From Candidatus Hadarchaeota archaeon (lineage in GTDB: Archaea > Hadarchaeota > Hadarchaeia > Hadarchaeales > Hadarchaeaceae), in NCBI GenBank assembly GCA_964343275.1, contig CAYFIY010000004.1, positions 1-55,723 on the forward strand: a DNA stretch of 55,723 bases, given 5' to 3'. Below the pieces are notes generated by a model. The model was not told where the DNA came from and did no database searches. It saw only the letters and a program-made list of their open reading frames with translations. Shown in pieces: positions 1-8,977 of this stretch. The position numbers and the translations under genes are program-made. Positions within the stretch are counted from its first letter, which is position 1, and each line of letters starts with the position of its first letter.

Positions 1-74
1 GCTCGCGGTGGATTTAAGATTCGATAGCAAAATATACAATAATACTCGTGTATTCAGGTGGAGGGCTGAAGCAA

Positions 75-2768
75 ATGAAACATTGGCACAGCTTAAAGGC
101 CGGAGAGGTTCTATCAGCCTTAAATGTCAAGGAAGGAGGCTTGAGCAGCGAGGACGCACAAAAACTCCTACTGGAGGTTGGCCCGAACGAGCTGAAGGAG
201 GAGAAAAGAAAGTCTCCGGCTTTGCTCTTCCTTCATCAGTTCAAGAATATATTGATCATTATATTATTGATTGCCACAGGACTTTCGCTCATCCTGGGCG
301 AGGTCTATGACGCTTTGGTTATTGTGTCGATAGTCGTGGTTACTGCCTTTCTGGGGTTTTCCCAAGAATATCGGGCGGAGAGGGTCTTGGATGCCCTGAA
401 GAGGATGACCGCCCCGACGACCTTCGTCATGCGCGATGGCAAGGAAGTGCAAATTCAGGTCCAAGAGGTGGTACCTGGTGACATCATCTTGCTTTCTACG
501 GGTGATAGGGTCGTGGCTGACGCCAGGCTGATCGAATCCGTCAATATAAAGACCGACGAATCGTCGCTGACCGGAGAGTCAATTCCGGTGGAGAAGTATA
601 CAAATCCTGTTCTGGAGGAAACTCCAGTCTCTGACAGGAAGAATATGGTTTATGCCGGGACGGCTGTCGTTTACGGTCGTGGCAGGGCGGTGGCCACGGC
701 GACGGGCATGAACACCGAACTCGGTAAAATTGCCGAACTGGTTCAAATTACCCATAGCGAAGTAACACCTCTAGAAAGCAGGATGTCGAATGTCGGAAAA
801 TGGCTTGGGGGCATATCCGTCGTCGTTTGTGTCATGGTAGCGTTTTTAGGTATCTCTAGGGGATATCCTATCCTATTGATGTTTTTATGGGGGGTGAGCC
901 TCGCGGTGGCGGCGGTCCCGGAGGCATTGCCCGCGGTTGTGACCGGTGCTCTCTCCGTAGGGATGCGGCGCATGGCCAAAGTGAACTCCATAGTCAGGAG
1001 GCTTCCGGCAGTTGAGACGCTGGGAAGCACTAGCGTTATCTGCGTGGACAAAACTGGGACCATGACCAAGGGCGAGATGACTGTTCAGGAAGTTTACGTA
1101 AACGGCAGAACGGTTAAGGTCTCTGGAGTTGGGTACGAACCGCGGGGGGAATTTTACTTTAAAAATAAAAAACTCGAACTCGAGAAAGAGGGAGAGCTTC
1201 ACACTATTCTAAAAGCCGCTACTCTATGTAACGACTCGAGACTGGAGAAAGTGGAAGAAAAGTGGATAGTTAATGGAGATCCCACGGAGGGGGCTCTGCT
1301 GACGGTGGCGGCCAAGGTTGGACGGCAGAAGGTTGAGGTGGAGCAAAAAGAGCCACGCGTCGCAGAGATTCCCTTCTCCTCCGAGAGAAAACGTATGACC
1401 ACAGTACACAAGACAGCAAAGGGTAGAGCGGCCTACATGAAGGGTGCGCCCGAAGTGGTCTTGGGATATTGTACCAAGATTTATTCCAATGGAAAAGTGC
1501 GCGGGTTGTCCGAAAAAGACCGCAAGGAACTCATGAAGTTAAACGAGATCATGGCCGGCAAGGCATTGAGAAACTTGGGCATTGCATTCAGATATTTTCC
1601 CAAGAAAAGGACCTCGTTCAGTGAAAAGGATGAGACGGACTTTGTGTTCCTCGGCATGATTGGAATGATCGACCCCCCGCGGGAGGAGGTCAAGGATGCG
1701 ATCAAGCTCTGTAAAAAAGCCGGGATCAAGGTCGTCATGATCACAGGCGACCATAAATCGACCGCTGTGGCCGTGGCGAAAGAGTGTGGCCTCATGAGTG
1801 GAAAAGGGGCGAACAAGGTTTTGACTTGGGAAGAATTGGACAAGATCAGCGATGAGGATTTCACAAAGATAGTTGAAGATATCGCCGTTTATGCTCGGGT
1901 TTCTCCCGAACACAAGGTCAAGATAGTGAAGGCATTCAAGGCCCGGGGTGAAGTTTGCGCCATGACCGGGGATGGGGTTAACGACGCTCCGGCTCTTAAA
2001 ATGGCAAATATCGGCGTGGCGATGGGCATCACCGGAACTGAGGTGACCAAGGAGGCCTCCGACATGGTGCTAACCGATGACAATTTTGCTTCCATCGTCA
2101 AGGCAGTGAAGGAAGGCCGCGAGATTTGGGGCAACATCAAAAAATATCTTACCTACCTGCTTCAGTGCAACATCATGGAGATACTGGTGCTGACCAGCAT
2201 CATGATGCTCAGCCCGACCCCGCAGGCGGCACTGGCGCTTACCACTATCCAGATCCTCTGGATAAATTTGACCACGGACGGGTTGCCGGCGATAGCATTA
2301 GGCGTGGATCCGGGCGATCCGGATCTGATGGAGAGAAAGCCGAGGGATCCTAAGGAGAGCGTGTTCACCAAGGACGTGAAGATCTATCTGGCAGTGGTCC
2401 CGATACTGACGACCGCGCTCCTGCTGGTGGCATACTTCTTCACCGCGTTTGGCGGCAGCATAACCGCGGCACGCACACAGTTGTTCACGGCCATAATTTT
2501 GATCGAGCTGGGAATCGCTCTGTCTGCCCGCTCTCTGAAACATTCGGTTTTCAAGGTGGGTGTGTTCAAGAACAAGTTCCTCTGGCTGGCTATAGGCTCC
2601 TCCCTGTTGCTCCAGCTGATTGTGATGTTCACTCCTCAGCTTCACGGGGTATTCGACGTGACCTATCCAGGAGCCTCCGACTGGCTGGTGGCCATAGTCT
2701 TCACGGCGATAATTTTTTCCGGTATTGAATCGGGCAAGTACATCGCGAGCAAAATGCGTAGAACTTGA
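75..2768 (+). CDS. Cation-transporting P-type ATPase (P2A, Ca2+-ATPase-like)
   Basis: Motifs TGES, PEALP, DKTGT phosphorylation site, KGAPE, MITGD, MTGDGVNDAPALK, QILWINLTTDGLPA. ATG at 75 follows GGTGGAGG (ORF track starts at GTG 48). Confidence 0.95.
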   Translation: MKHWHSLKAGEVLSALNVKEGGLSSEDAQKLLLEVGPNELKEEKRKSPALLFLHQFKNILIIILLIATGLSLILGEVYDALVIVSIVVVTAFLGFSQEYRAERVLDALKRMTAPTTFVMRDGKEVQIQVQEVVPGDIILLSTGDRVVADARLIESVNIKTDESSLTGESIPVEKYTNPVLEETPVSDRKNMVYAGTAVVYGRGRAVATATGMNTELGKIAELVQITHSEVTPLESRMSNVGKWLGGISVVVCVMVAFLGISRGYPILLMFLWGVSLAVAAVPEALPAVVTGALSVGMRRMAKVNSIVRRLPAVETLGSTSVICVDKTGTMTKGEMTVQEVYVNGRTVKVSGVGYEPRGEFYFKNKKLELEKEGELHTILKAATLCNDSRLEKVEEKWIVNGDPTEGALLTVAAKVGRQKVEVEQKEPRVAEIPFSSERKRMTTVHKTAKGRAAYMKGAPEVVLGYCTKIYSNGKVRGLSEKDRKELMKLNEIMAGKALRNLGIAFRYFPKKRTSFSEKDETDFVFLGMIGMIDPPREEVKDAIKLCKKAGIKVVMITGDHKSTAVAVAKECGLMSGKGANKVLTWEELDKISDEDFTKIVEDIAVYARVSPEHKVKIVKAFKARGEVCAMTGDGVNDAPALKMANIGVAMGITGTEVTKEASDMVLTDDNFASIVKAVKEGREIWGNIKKYLTYLLQCNIMEILVLTSIMMLSPTPQAALALTTIQILWINLTTDGLPAIALGVDPGDPDLMERKPRDPKESVFTKDVKIYLAVVPILTTALLLVAYFFTAFGGSITAARTQLFTAIILIELGIALSARSLKHSVFKVGVFKNKFLWLAIGSSLLLQLIVMFTPQLHGVFDVTYPGASDWLVAIVFTAIIFSGIESGKYIASKMRRT

Positions 2769-2821
2769 CCAGGCTTCATCAACTAAAATTTATTTTTACT
2801 TGTTCGCGATAATTTGCTTGG

Positions 2822-3826
2822 GTGCGTGAATTGATAGAGATCATCGTGCTGGTTGCCGGATTTTTCGTAGCTTGGAATATAGGCGCAAATAATGCCGCCA
2901 ACTGCGTCGGGGTATCGATAGGCGGTCAGGTCCTGTCTTTTCGCAGAGCTATCTCAATAGTGATAGTCTTTGTCATTTTGGGCGCGCTCCTAGAGGGGTG
3001 GAAAAATATGAGAACCGTCGGCGAGGGAATCATACTTCCGGGCCAGGTAGGCGTGAACCCGCTTTCTGCCGTACCGCTTGTAGCCGTCGCCAGTCTGATC
3101 GCCGTAGGGTTGTGGATGTTCATATCAACCTGGCGTGGCATCCCCATGTCGGTTTCTTTGTCCACCGTAGGCTCGGTGATCGGCGCCGGGGTTCTGATAA
3201 CTGTGATGCGGCCAGAGCTGGGTGTGGTCATCCAGTATGAGAGGCTTGGTCTCATCGCTTTCTCATGGGTGTTGAACCCGATGATTGCGGCCAGTATGGC
3301 ATTCGTCGTTTTCAAAGCCGTGAGCATGTCTCTGCGGCGGATAAAAAACGTGGTGCTATTCGATCGTGTTTTGAGAGGGATGATTTTGGTGGCGTCCGCC
3401 TACAGCGCCTATGTTCTCGGTGCTAACGATGTGGGTGCGTCCGCCGGTGTTATCTTCGCTTTCTTTGGCGGCTCCTCCCAAATCATCGCCGTCTTCGGTG
3501 CCGTTGCCTTGGCGGTCGGAGCAGTTACCTTCAGCCGTAGGGTAATACTGACGGTAGGTTCGGGAATAGTAAGCGTCGATCCCATCCTTGCATTCGCCGC
3601 CCAGTTTGGAGCAGCGCTGACGGTCTGGTCGTTCGTTCAGTTCGGCATACCGGTGTCCACCTCGGAGGCCATCATCGGTGGCATAGCCGGGGCGGGGTTG
3701 TTGAAGGGCGCCTCCACGGTGAGCAGGAGGAAGCTCGTTCAGATAAGTGTGGCATTGATATTGGCTCCCATCGTGGCTCTGGTGTTTTCATTTGGAATCG
3801 GCTGGCTGCTACTGGGCTTGTCGTGA
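2822..3826 (+). CDS. Inorganic phosphate transporter, PiT/PHO4 family
   Basis: Two PiT signature repeats (GANNAAN, GANDVG), GIPVSTS motif, multi-TM hydrophobic protein. Confidence 0.9.
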   Translation: MRELIEIIVLVAGFFVAWNIGANNAANCVGVSIGGQVLSFRRAISIVIVFVILGALLEGWKNMRTVGEGIILPGQVGVNPLSAVPLVAVASLIAVGLWMFISTWRGIPMSVSLSTVGSVIGAGVLITVMRPELGVVIQYERLGLIAFSWVLNPMIAASMAFVVFKAVSMSLRRIKNVVLFDRVLRGMILVASAYSAYVLGANDVGASAGVIFAFFGGSSQIIAVFGAVALAVGAVTFSRRVILTVGSGIVSVDPILAFAAQFGAALTVWSFVQFGIPVSTSEAIIGGIAGAGLLKGASTVSRRKLVQISVALILAPIVALVFSFGIGWLLLGLS

Positions 3827-3872
3827 TTTCTTAATTCACGGTTATTTTCAGCCGAAAATGATAATTGTAAAA

Positions 3873-4580
3873 TCAAGCCGTCAGGGTAAAAGTCACTATG
3901 GCTATGTAATCGCTCATGTCTTCGGCCCGATCGCTTATGTTGCCTAACCTCCGGATGACATCGGCGAGCTGGACGACACTCAGCGGGTCGAAGAGTTTCT
4001 CAAACCCGTACAGGTCATTCAACAGCCTCTCTTCGATGAGATCAACTTCGTGCTCCAGGATATCGACTTCGTTGGCTTTTGTCAGCGCAATTTCAATATC
4101 GGTCGTCAGCGCGTTGATGGCCTCTTGAAGGACTTCGACCGTCTGAGTTGTTCTTTTGGCCATGTCGACGACTATGAGTTTCCACTCCCTTATCTCCTTG
4201 TTCTTCTTCTCCGCTTTTTTTATGGCTGTCAAGAGATGCTCCCTCAGTAGGATGGCGCGCACGGTCCCCTCCGTCGTGTCAGCGACCTTGTCCAACCCCT
4301 CGGCTAGCCCGGCCAAGTTTCCGCGAAATGCCGGCAGGAAAGCACCCTTAGCGAGCATGCTCATGAAATCTCTCCTCCCATCGTCGGCCGTGGTTTCCAA
4401 CTCCGAGAGCTCCCTTCCAAGCTTCTGCGCTAGTACGAAATCTTTCTCCGAGAAGTAAGCCACTATCAGTTCCTCGAACTTCTTTACCACATCGGCGATA
4501 CATTTAGCGTTATTTTTCAAAATTTTGAAGGCCTCTTGTTCCTTTCCCCCACCAATTATGGCCAGCGCAAAAACTTCCAA
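3873..4580 (-). CDS. DUF47 / PhoU-like phosphate transport regulator
   Basis: Helical protein with ELETTADD and LEHEVD...ISDRAED repeats and GAFLPAFR motif; adjacent to PiT. Confidence 0.85.
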   Translation of the reverse strand: MEVFALAIIGGGKEQEAFKILKNNAKCIADVVKKFEELIVAYFSEKDFVLAQKLGRELSELETTADDGRRDFMSMLAKGAFLPAFRGNLAGLAEGLDKVADTTEGTVRAILLREHLLTAIKKAEKKNKEIREWKLIVVDMAKRTTQTVEVLQEAINALTTDIEIALTKANEVDILEHEVDLIEERLLNDLYGFEKLFDPLSVVQLADVIRRLGNISDRAEDMSDYIAIVTFTLTA

Positions 4581-4622
4581 AAGGTCACCTTCTCTCGTAT
4601 ATCTGCCTACTTTTTTAAAGCC

Positions 4623-5111
4623 CTACCTCTTTGGTCTCCTCACCAGCTGAGAGTCGCAGATCAGGCACCTGGATGTGTTGGGTGGATAGTTTCCTCCGCA
4701 GGCTGGACAAACCGCCTCCCAGCGCAACACCTCTTTGATCCCAGGCATCACCACCCGTCGGTAGGGGATTTCTAACAAGCTGGCCAAGTTCTGCATGGCG
4801 TAGTCGTCGGTTACCAGCTCCGACTCCTTGTTCTTGAGGTCCAACGCGACGGCGAGCAGCTTGATATCAGTATTTGAAACGGTGTCGCCCGTCTGGTCCA
4901 CTTTATTGCGAACTTCGCCAAGGGAAATCTTGGACGGTTCCGAAATCAAGATCTTTCCTGTCAACACCGCGGTCTCGAACTTAAGCTTGGAGTAGAGATC
5001 TCTAGCTTCATCTAGCACCTCCTTCACCGTTACCTGATTTGCGTCCAAAAGTCCCGGAGATAGACCCGCGATGACTGCGGAGGTGTCCAGAACCATGGTC
5101 TTTCGTGTCAC
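4623..5111 (-). CDS. nob1: NOB1-family PIN-domain endonuclease (pre-rRNA processing)
   Basis: VLDTSA PIN start, SNTDIKLLA, VTDDYAMQN, C-terminal CPAC...CLIC zinc ribbon. Start GTG 5111 overlapping the NAD kinase stop (or ATG 5096). Confidence 0.9.
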   Translation of the reverse strand: MTRKTMVLDTSAVIAGLSPGLLDANQVTVKEVLDEARDLYSKLKFETAVLTGKILISEPSKISLGEVRNKVDQTGDTVSNTDIKLLAVALDLKNKESELVTDDYAMQNLASLLEIPYRRVVMPGIKEVLRWEAVCPACGGNYPPNTSRCLICDSQLVRRPKR

Positions 5112-5923
5112 TAGAGCTTCTCCCTTGTCTTGCGGTAGAATTCCGCGCACCTGCAGAAGCGGGCCGGCGCACCTGATTTTTTCACTTCGACCCTGCCACA
5201 GTTCTTGATATTGGCTCTCGGGATTCCGTCCACCACAACCAGTGCGTCCCTTCTAGGATGGGTTGTTTCTACGGCTACGCGGCTTTCGGCTGGAGCGACG
5301 ATGGGGTGGGGCGTTGGATGAGCAGGGCAGATGGGTACCACCAGTATGGCATCTATCCGTGGATCTATCGCCGGCCCTCCAGCTGCGTAAGCGTATGCTG
5401 TGCTTCCGGTTGTGGTGGCCAAGATTACGCCGTCGCAGCGTACATCCATGGCCGTGTTGCCGTCGATGGTCACTTTCAGGTCGACGGTTTTTCCTGGATT
5501 GGCCGAAGATACCACCACGTCGTTGAGCGCGTGTGGTAATTGTTTTCCATTGGCCGAGCCCGCCAGCATCTGGCGTTCAATGTGCTTAAACCCACGTCCG
5601 AGGAGAACATTGAGGTAGGTTTGTACCTCGTTCGGTTCGATGTCGGCCAGGAAACCACGGCCGCCAAGGTTGATGCCGAATATGGTAACGTTGGGGGCCA
5701 ATTGCTGGGCCAATAGGACAGTGCCGTCGCCTCCTACGGTGATGACTGCATCTGCATTTCTCAGGTCCGGTAGCGTTCCCGGTCGTTTTTTCAGCGCCTT
5801 GGCCAGACCTGGCTCCAGAATTATTTCCTGTCCTTTTAACAGCCTCATCACCCTGCGCACCATACCTAAGGCAGTGGCGTCATGGCGAGCTATGATTCCA
5901 ATCCGCAAGTTTTCACTTCTCAT
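5111..5923 (-). CDS. nadK: NAD(+) kinase
   Basis: GGDGT, GINLGGRGFL, ALND, DGVILATTTGSTAY motifs. Confidence 0.93.
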   Translation of the reverse strand: MRSENLRIGIIARHDATALGMVRRVMRLLKGQEIILEPGLAKALKKRPGTLPDLRNADAVITVGGDGTVLLAQQLAPNVTIFGINLGGRGFLADIEPNEVQTYLNVLLGRGFKHIERQMLAGSANGKQLPHALNDVVVSSANPGKTVDLKVTIDGNTAMDVRCDGVILATTTGSTAYAYAAGGPAIDPRIDAILVVPICPAHPTPHPIVAPAESRVAVETTHPRRDALVVVDGIPRANIKNCGRVEVKKSGAPARFCRCAEFYRKTREKL

Positions 5924-5945
5924 CTTCCATTGTGCTAATTTTGCG

Positions 5946-5958
5946 CCAAGTTTTTAAG
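5946..5958 (+). promoter_or_regulatory. Putative BRE/TATA promoter of aIF5A
   Basis: ccaag-TTTTTAAG about 30 nt upstream of ATG 5987 in the divergent intergenic gap. Confidence 0.45.
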
Positions 5959-5986
5959 CATTAGGTGGAAAATACAAGGGGATTAT

Positions 5987-6376
5987 ATGAAAGATGTGTA
6001 TGAAGTAGGAAAGCTCAAAGAAGGTCGTTTTATCGTGGTCGACGATGAGCCGTGCCGCATTGTCGGGTTTTCAACTTCTGCGCCTGGGAAGCACGGGCAC
6101 GCTAAGGCCAAGATCGATGCCATTGGACTGTTCGATTCCCAAAAGCGCTCAATCGTGAGGCCGACCAGCGCTAAGGTCGAGGTCCCGATTATCGAGCGAG
6201 GCAGCGCCCAGGTCCTTGCCATCGTTTCTAATAACGCCCAGCTGATGGATCTCATCACTTACGAGACCTTCGAGTTGCCCATACCCGTCTACTTCCGTGG
6301 GGATGTCAGCGAGGGGTCAGAGATTGAGTATGTGCAGGCGCTGGGCAGAAGAAAAATAGAAAGGGTTAAGAGCTAA
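5987..6376 (+). CDS. eif5a: Translation factor aIF-5A
   Basis: Hypusine loop PGKHGHAK, QLMD...YETF. Confidence 0.96.
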   Translation: MKDVYEVGKLKEGRFIVVDDEPCRIVGFSTSAPGKHGHAKAKIDAIGLFDSQKRSIVRPTSAKVEVPIIERGSAQVLAIVSNNAQLMDLITYETFELPIPVYFRGDVSEGSEIEYVQALGRRKIERVKS

Positions 6377-6386
6377 AAATCAAAGG

Positions 6387-6415
6387 TGTGGCAGTAACTT
6401 TTGGCCACTACCACA
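6387..6415 (-). terminator. Hairpin between the convergent aIF5A and histone-fold genes
   Basis: Minus-strand RNA UGUGGUAGUGGC-CAAAA-GUUACUGCCACA forms 12 bp including 3 G-U pairs (full pairing only on the minus strand), followed by a U-rich tract. Confidence 0.55.
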
Positions 6416-6432
6416 AAAATTTTTATTTAAGT

Positions 6433-6597
6433 TTAAAGGTCTACTCCCCTTAAGGTCTTTCTGCCATTCCCCTTCGCTCGGGATATTGCCTTCTTGACGT
6501 TCGCAGCTACTTCACTGTCCAGAGCTTTGAAAAAATCGTTGCTTGCCCTCATTCCCTTCATCATGTTTCTTATGGCAGACTTCACAACATAAGCCAT
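6433..6597 (-). CDS. Short histone-fold protein (54 aa; truncated-alpha3, DUF1931/face-to-face-like), missed by ORF track
   Basis: Manual translation MAYVVKSAIRNMMKGMRASNDFFKALDSEVAANVKKAISRAKGNGRKTLRGVDL with RAxxNGRKT..xDL histone-fold end. GGAGGTG SD and TATTTAAA box upstream, hairpin downstream. Confidence 0.88.
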   Translation of the reverse strand: MAYVVKSAIRNMMKGMRASNDFFKALDSEVAANVKKAISRAKGNGRKTLRGVDL

Positions 6598-6664
6598 TTA
6601 TTACACCTCCGTTTCGTTGTTTTAACGTGTTTTTCGAAGGTTTAAATATTGCTGTTTACTGGCT

Positions 6665-7516
6665 TTAGCGCCTCTTTCTGAACCCTCTGATGAGCTTTCG
6701 CATCTCTTCGGGCGGCATCTCGTAGCTTTGTGCCAACGTGGGGAATTTTCCCGACCTGACGTCCCGCTTGAATGCATCCAAAGCTTTCTTGACATCATCG
6801 TCCATTTTGGCGTACCGCTTTGCGAACTTGGGGACGTTGGGGCCGGTCAAGCCAAGCAGGTCATGAATCACCAGAACTTGACCGTCGCAATAGGGGCCTG
6901 CGCCGATTCCTATAGTTGGGATATCGATTTTCTCGGTGATCAACTTTGCCAACTGCCAGGGCATGCACTCCAAGACTAGGCTGAATACTCCGGCGCGTTC
7001 CAGCCTTCTCGCGTCCTCCAGGATATTGCGGGCGGAGGACTCGGTCCTGCCCCGGACCCGGAACCCGCCGATCTGATGGATCCACTGTGGCGTCAGTCCC
7101 AGGTGCCCCATGACCGGTATACCTGAATCGATTATGAATTCAATCTTCTTGATCATTCTGCGACCGCCTTCGACCTTCACGGCCTCCGCGTGCCCTTCTT
7201 TTAAAAAACGACCGGCGTTTCTGATGGCTTCCTCCGTGCTCGCTTGATATGACATGAAAGGCATGTCTCCCACCACTAGGACCCGTTTCACGCCGCGGGA
7301 AACAGCTTTTGTGTGGTGGAGCATTTCGTCCACCGTTACAGATAGTGTGTTCTTGTAGCCCAGCATCACGTTGGCGAGGGAGTCACCGACTAACACGGCG
7401 TCCACTTCTGCATTGTCCACCATGCGGGCGGTGGCGTGGTCGTAAGCGGCAACCATCACCACGCGCTCACCGGTCTCCTTCATGCTTTGGATGGTGTGTG
7501 TTGTTATCTTATCCAT
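6665..7516 (-). CDS. panB: 3-methyl-2-oxobutanoate hydroxymethyltransferase
   Basis: AYD, LVGDSL, DMPF, VKVEGG, GHLGLTPQ, IGIGAG, DGQVLV motifs. Start taken at ATG 7516 (MDKITT). Confidence 0.95.
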   Translation of the reverse strand: MDKITTHTIQSMKETGERVVMVAAYDHATARMVDNAEVDAVLVGDSLANVMLGYKNTLSVTVDEMLHHTKAVSRGVKRVLVVGDMPFMSYQASTEEAIRNAGRFLKEGHAEAVKVEGGRRMIKKIEFIIDSGIPVMGHLGLTPQWIHQIGGFRVRGRTESSARNILEDARRLERAGVFSLVLECMPWQLAKLITEKIDIPTIGIGAGPYCDGQVLVIHDLLGLTGPNVPKFAKRYAKMDDDVKKALDAFKRDVRSGKFPTLAQSYEMPPEEMRKLIRGFRKRR

Positions 7517-7873
7517 AGTATCCCAATTGCATACGTGTAGGTTGATAACATAGGATAAAAAACAGTGTCGGTGTGTTATCGTCTCTTGAAACATGACGGG
7601 AAGATTTCTAGATTTCTGCGAATTATATAAAAAGCGAAAATTCTATTATCAAGACTCATGGATGTGATGTCTTCGATTCGGGACCACCACCCCAAATTTG
7701 CACCCTAAAAATTGCCTTTCCTCAAAAGACGGTTGGCCTCCGAAGGTACGTAGAACGTATCTGCTAATTTTGGAAAATCAGACTGGCGTCTTTCGAGATG
7801 GCATCACAATAAGCATCGCGATTTCATTGCGCAGTGGATTCAAAAGTCGACACCCCGGCTGAACGATCTCGGT

Positions 7874-8035
7874 GTTGCATGGGAGCTGGAGTTTGCGATT
7901 TTAATCGGCAGTGTTTAAATCATGCCCGAATACTACCCAATTTTCTTGAGCAGCATGAACATATCATTCATTATTTTTGCTGCCCTTTGTTTTCAGGGGA
8001 TGTTTGCGTCCATTTCGTGAGGCAGGCTACAGTAG
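7874..8035 (+). pseudogene. C-terminal remnant of an MFS (DHA2-like) transporter
   Basis: Frame reads FAILIGSV*IMPEYYPIFLSSMNISFIIFAALCFQGMFASIS*GRLQ*, recalled as the typical ...IGxVQITPEYYPxFL...FxxLCFxGIFASLARG C-terminus. Stops at 7916 and 8018 fall where Q and R are expected. Confidence 0.6.
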
Positions 8036-8113
8036 TATTCGACCGACTCTTGAAGGCGATAAATAAATTGAGATGGAACAGATTAGTTTAAGGAAAAAAT
8101 AGGGCACTTGGAG

Positions 8114-8671
8114 TCACGCTATTTTCGCAGCTGGGTTGGAGATGGTTGGTTGGACCATTCGCCACTCGTTTTTCAGTTGATAGAGTTTTCCCGACCTCAA
8201 TATTAATAGCATTGAGGAGACGAACAGCGGCCAGACTAGGGCGTTTATCATTGGTGCTCCGAAGTAGGTTATCTGCTGCAACGGATTTGATGATGTCCAA
8301 GTCCAGAGGTTAAAGTAGAGGGCAAGAGGTTCGAGTACTGCATCGATCCCTACCCCGGCGAGCACGCCGAGCTTGATTGATCGGAATCGCCGCATGGCCA
8401 TGAAACCAGCGTAGACGGCTATCACCCACCCGCAGGCGATAGCAACGGGGAATCCTCCGGGAAGCCAGAGCGCGTAGTTCTCGGCGGGGTAGAAGAATCC
8501 ACGTAACGACCACATGTAAAGCGCCTCCATCACCCAGCCCGCGAAAAATGGCAGGCTGAAAAGAAACAACGTTCGTTTCAGACCACCGACTTTGTAGCTG
8601 TGCACCATCGCCACTACACAGGACCCAATCGCGGCGGCCTCGAAAAGATTGGTTGTCATATCATTCCCCAC
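8114..8671 (-). CDS. Membrane protein, carotenoid biosynthesis (CruF/DUF422-like) family
   Basis: Pattern E...Y...GFPVAIACGW...D..LEP.A....WTW....FGAPMINALVW with several TM segments; function here unproven. Confidence 0.6.
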   Translation of the reverse strand: MGNDMTTNLFEAAAIGSCVVAMVHSYKVGGLKRTLFLFSLPFFAGWVMEALYMWSLRGFFYPAENYALWLPGGFPVAIACGWVIAVYAGFMAMRRFRSIKLGVLAGVGIDAVLEPLALYFNLWTWTSSNPLQQITYFGAPMINALVWPLFVSSMLLILRSGKLYQLKNEWRMVQPTISNPAAKIA

Positions 8672-8977
8672 TTTAGTTTTTGAGGCTATACGGCTTATTA
8701 CATTAGGCGAAAAAGCAGGATTGAATAGCTCGGAATGGGTGTTATTTGCAGTTTGGTTCGATGGTGCCCCTCATTATTTGTAATGGTAGAGGATACCTAC
8801 TCTAATTTCTTTTTCAAAGCTACTTTCCAACTTATAAATTTGCGAGTTTTTTATATTCGTTTTCTATACTTATCATGACCTTTTTGTAAGAATCTTGGAT
8901 TTGAGAACCGTCTATTTGTTCGTACAGTATTTCATGAGTAAGGTTATTTTATCCGAAAAAATCTATCGATAAATAAT

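Noticed and set aside
75-2768. Functional link between the Ca2+-type ATPase and the SecY Ca-binding insert
   Set aside because: They are 32 kb apart with no shared operon or motif; P2A ATPases are common.
7834-8091. 85-aa Cys-rich ORF
   Set aside because: Overlaps the MFS relic in another frame and has no recognisable motif; likely a shadow ORF.
8700-8970. Short minus-strand frame EILYEQIDGSQIQDSYKKVMISIENEYKKLANL downstream of top6A
   Set aside because: No clear start and no recognisable family; cannot be supported as a gene or relic.
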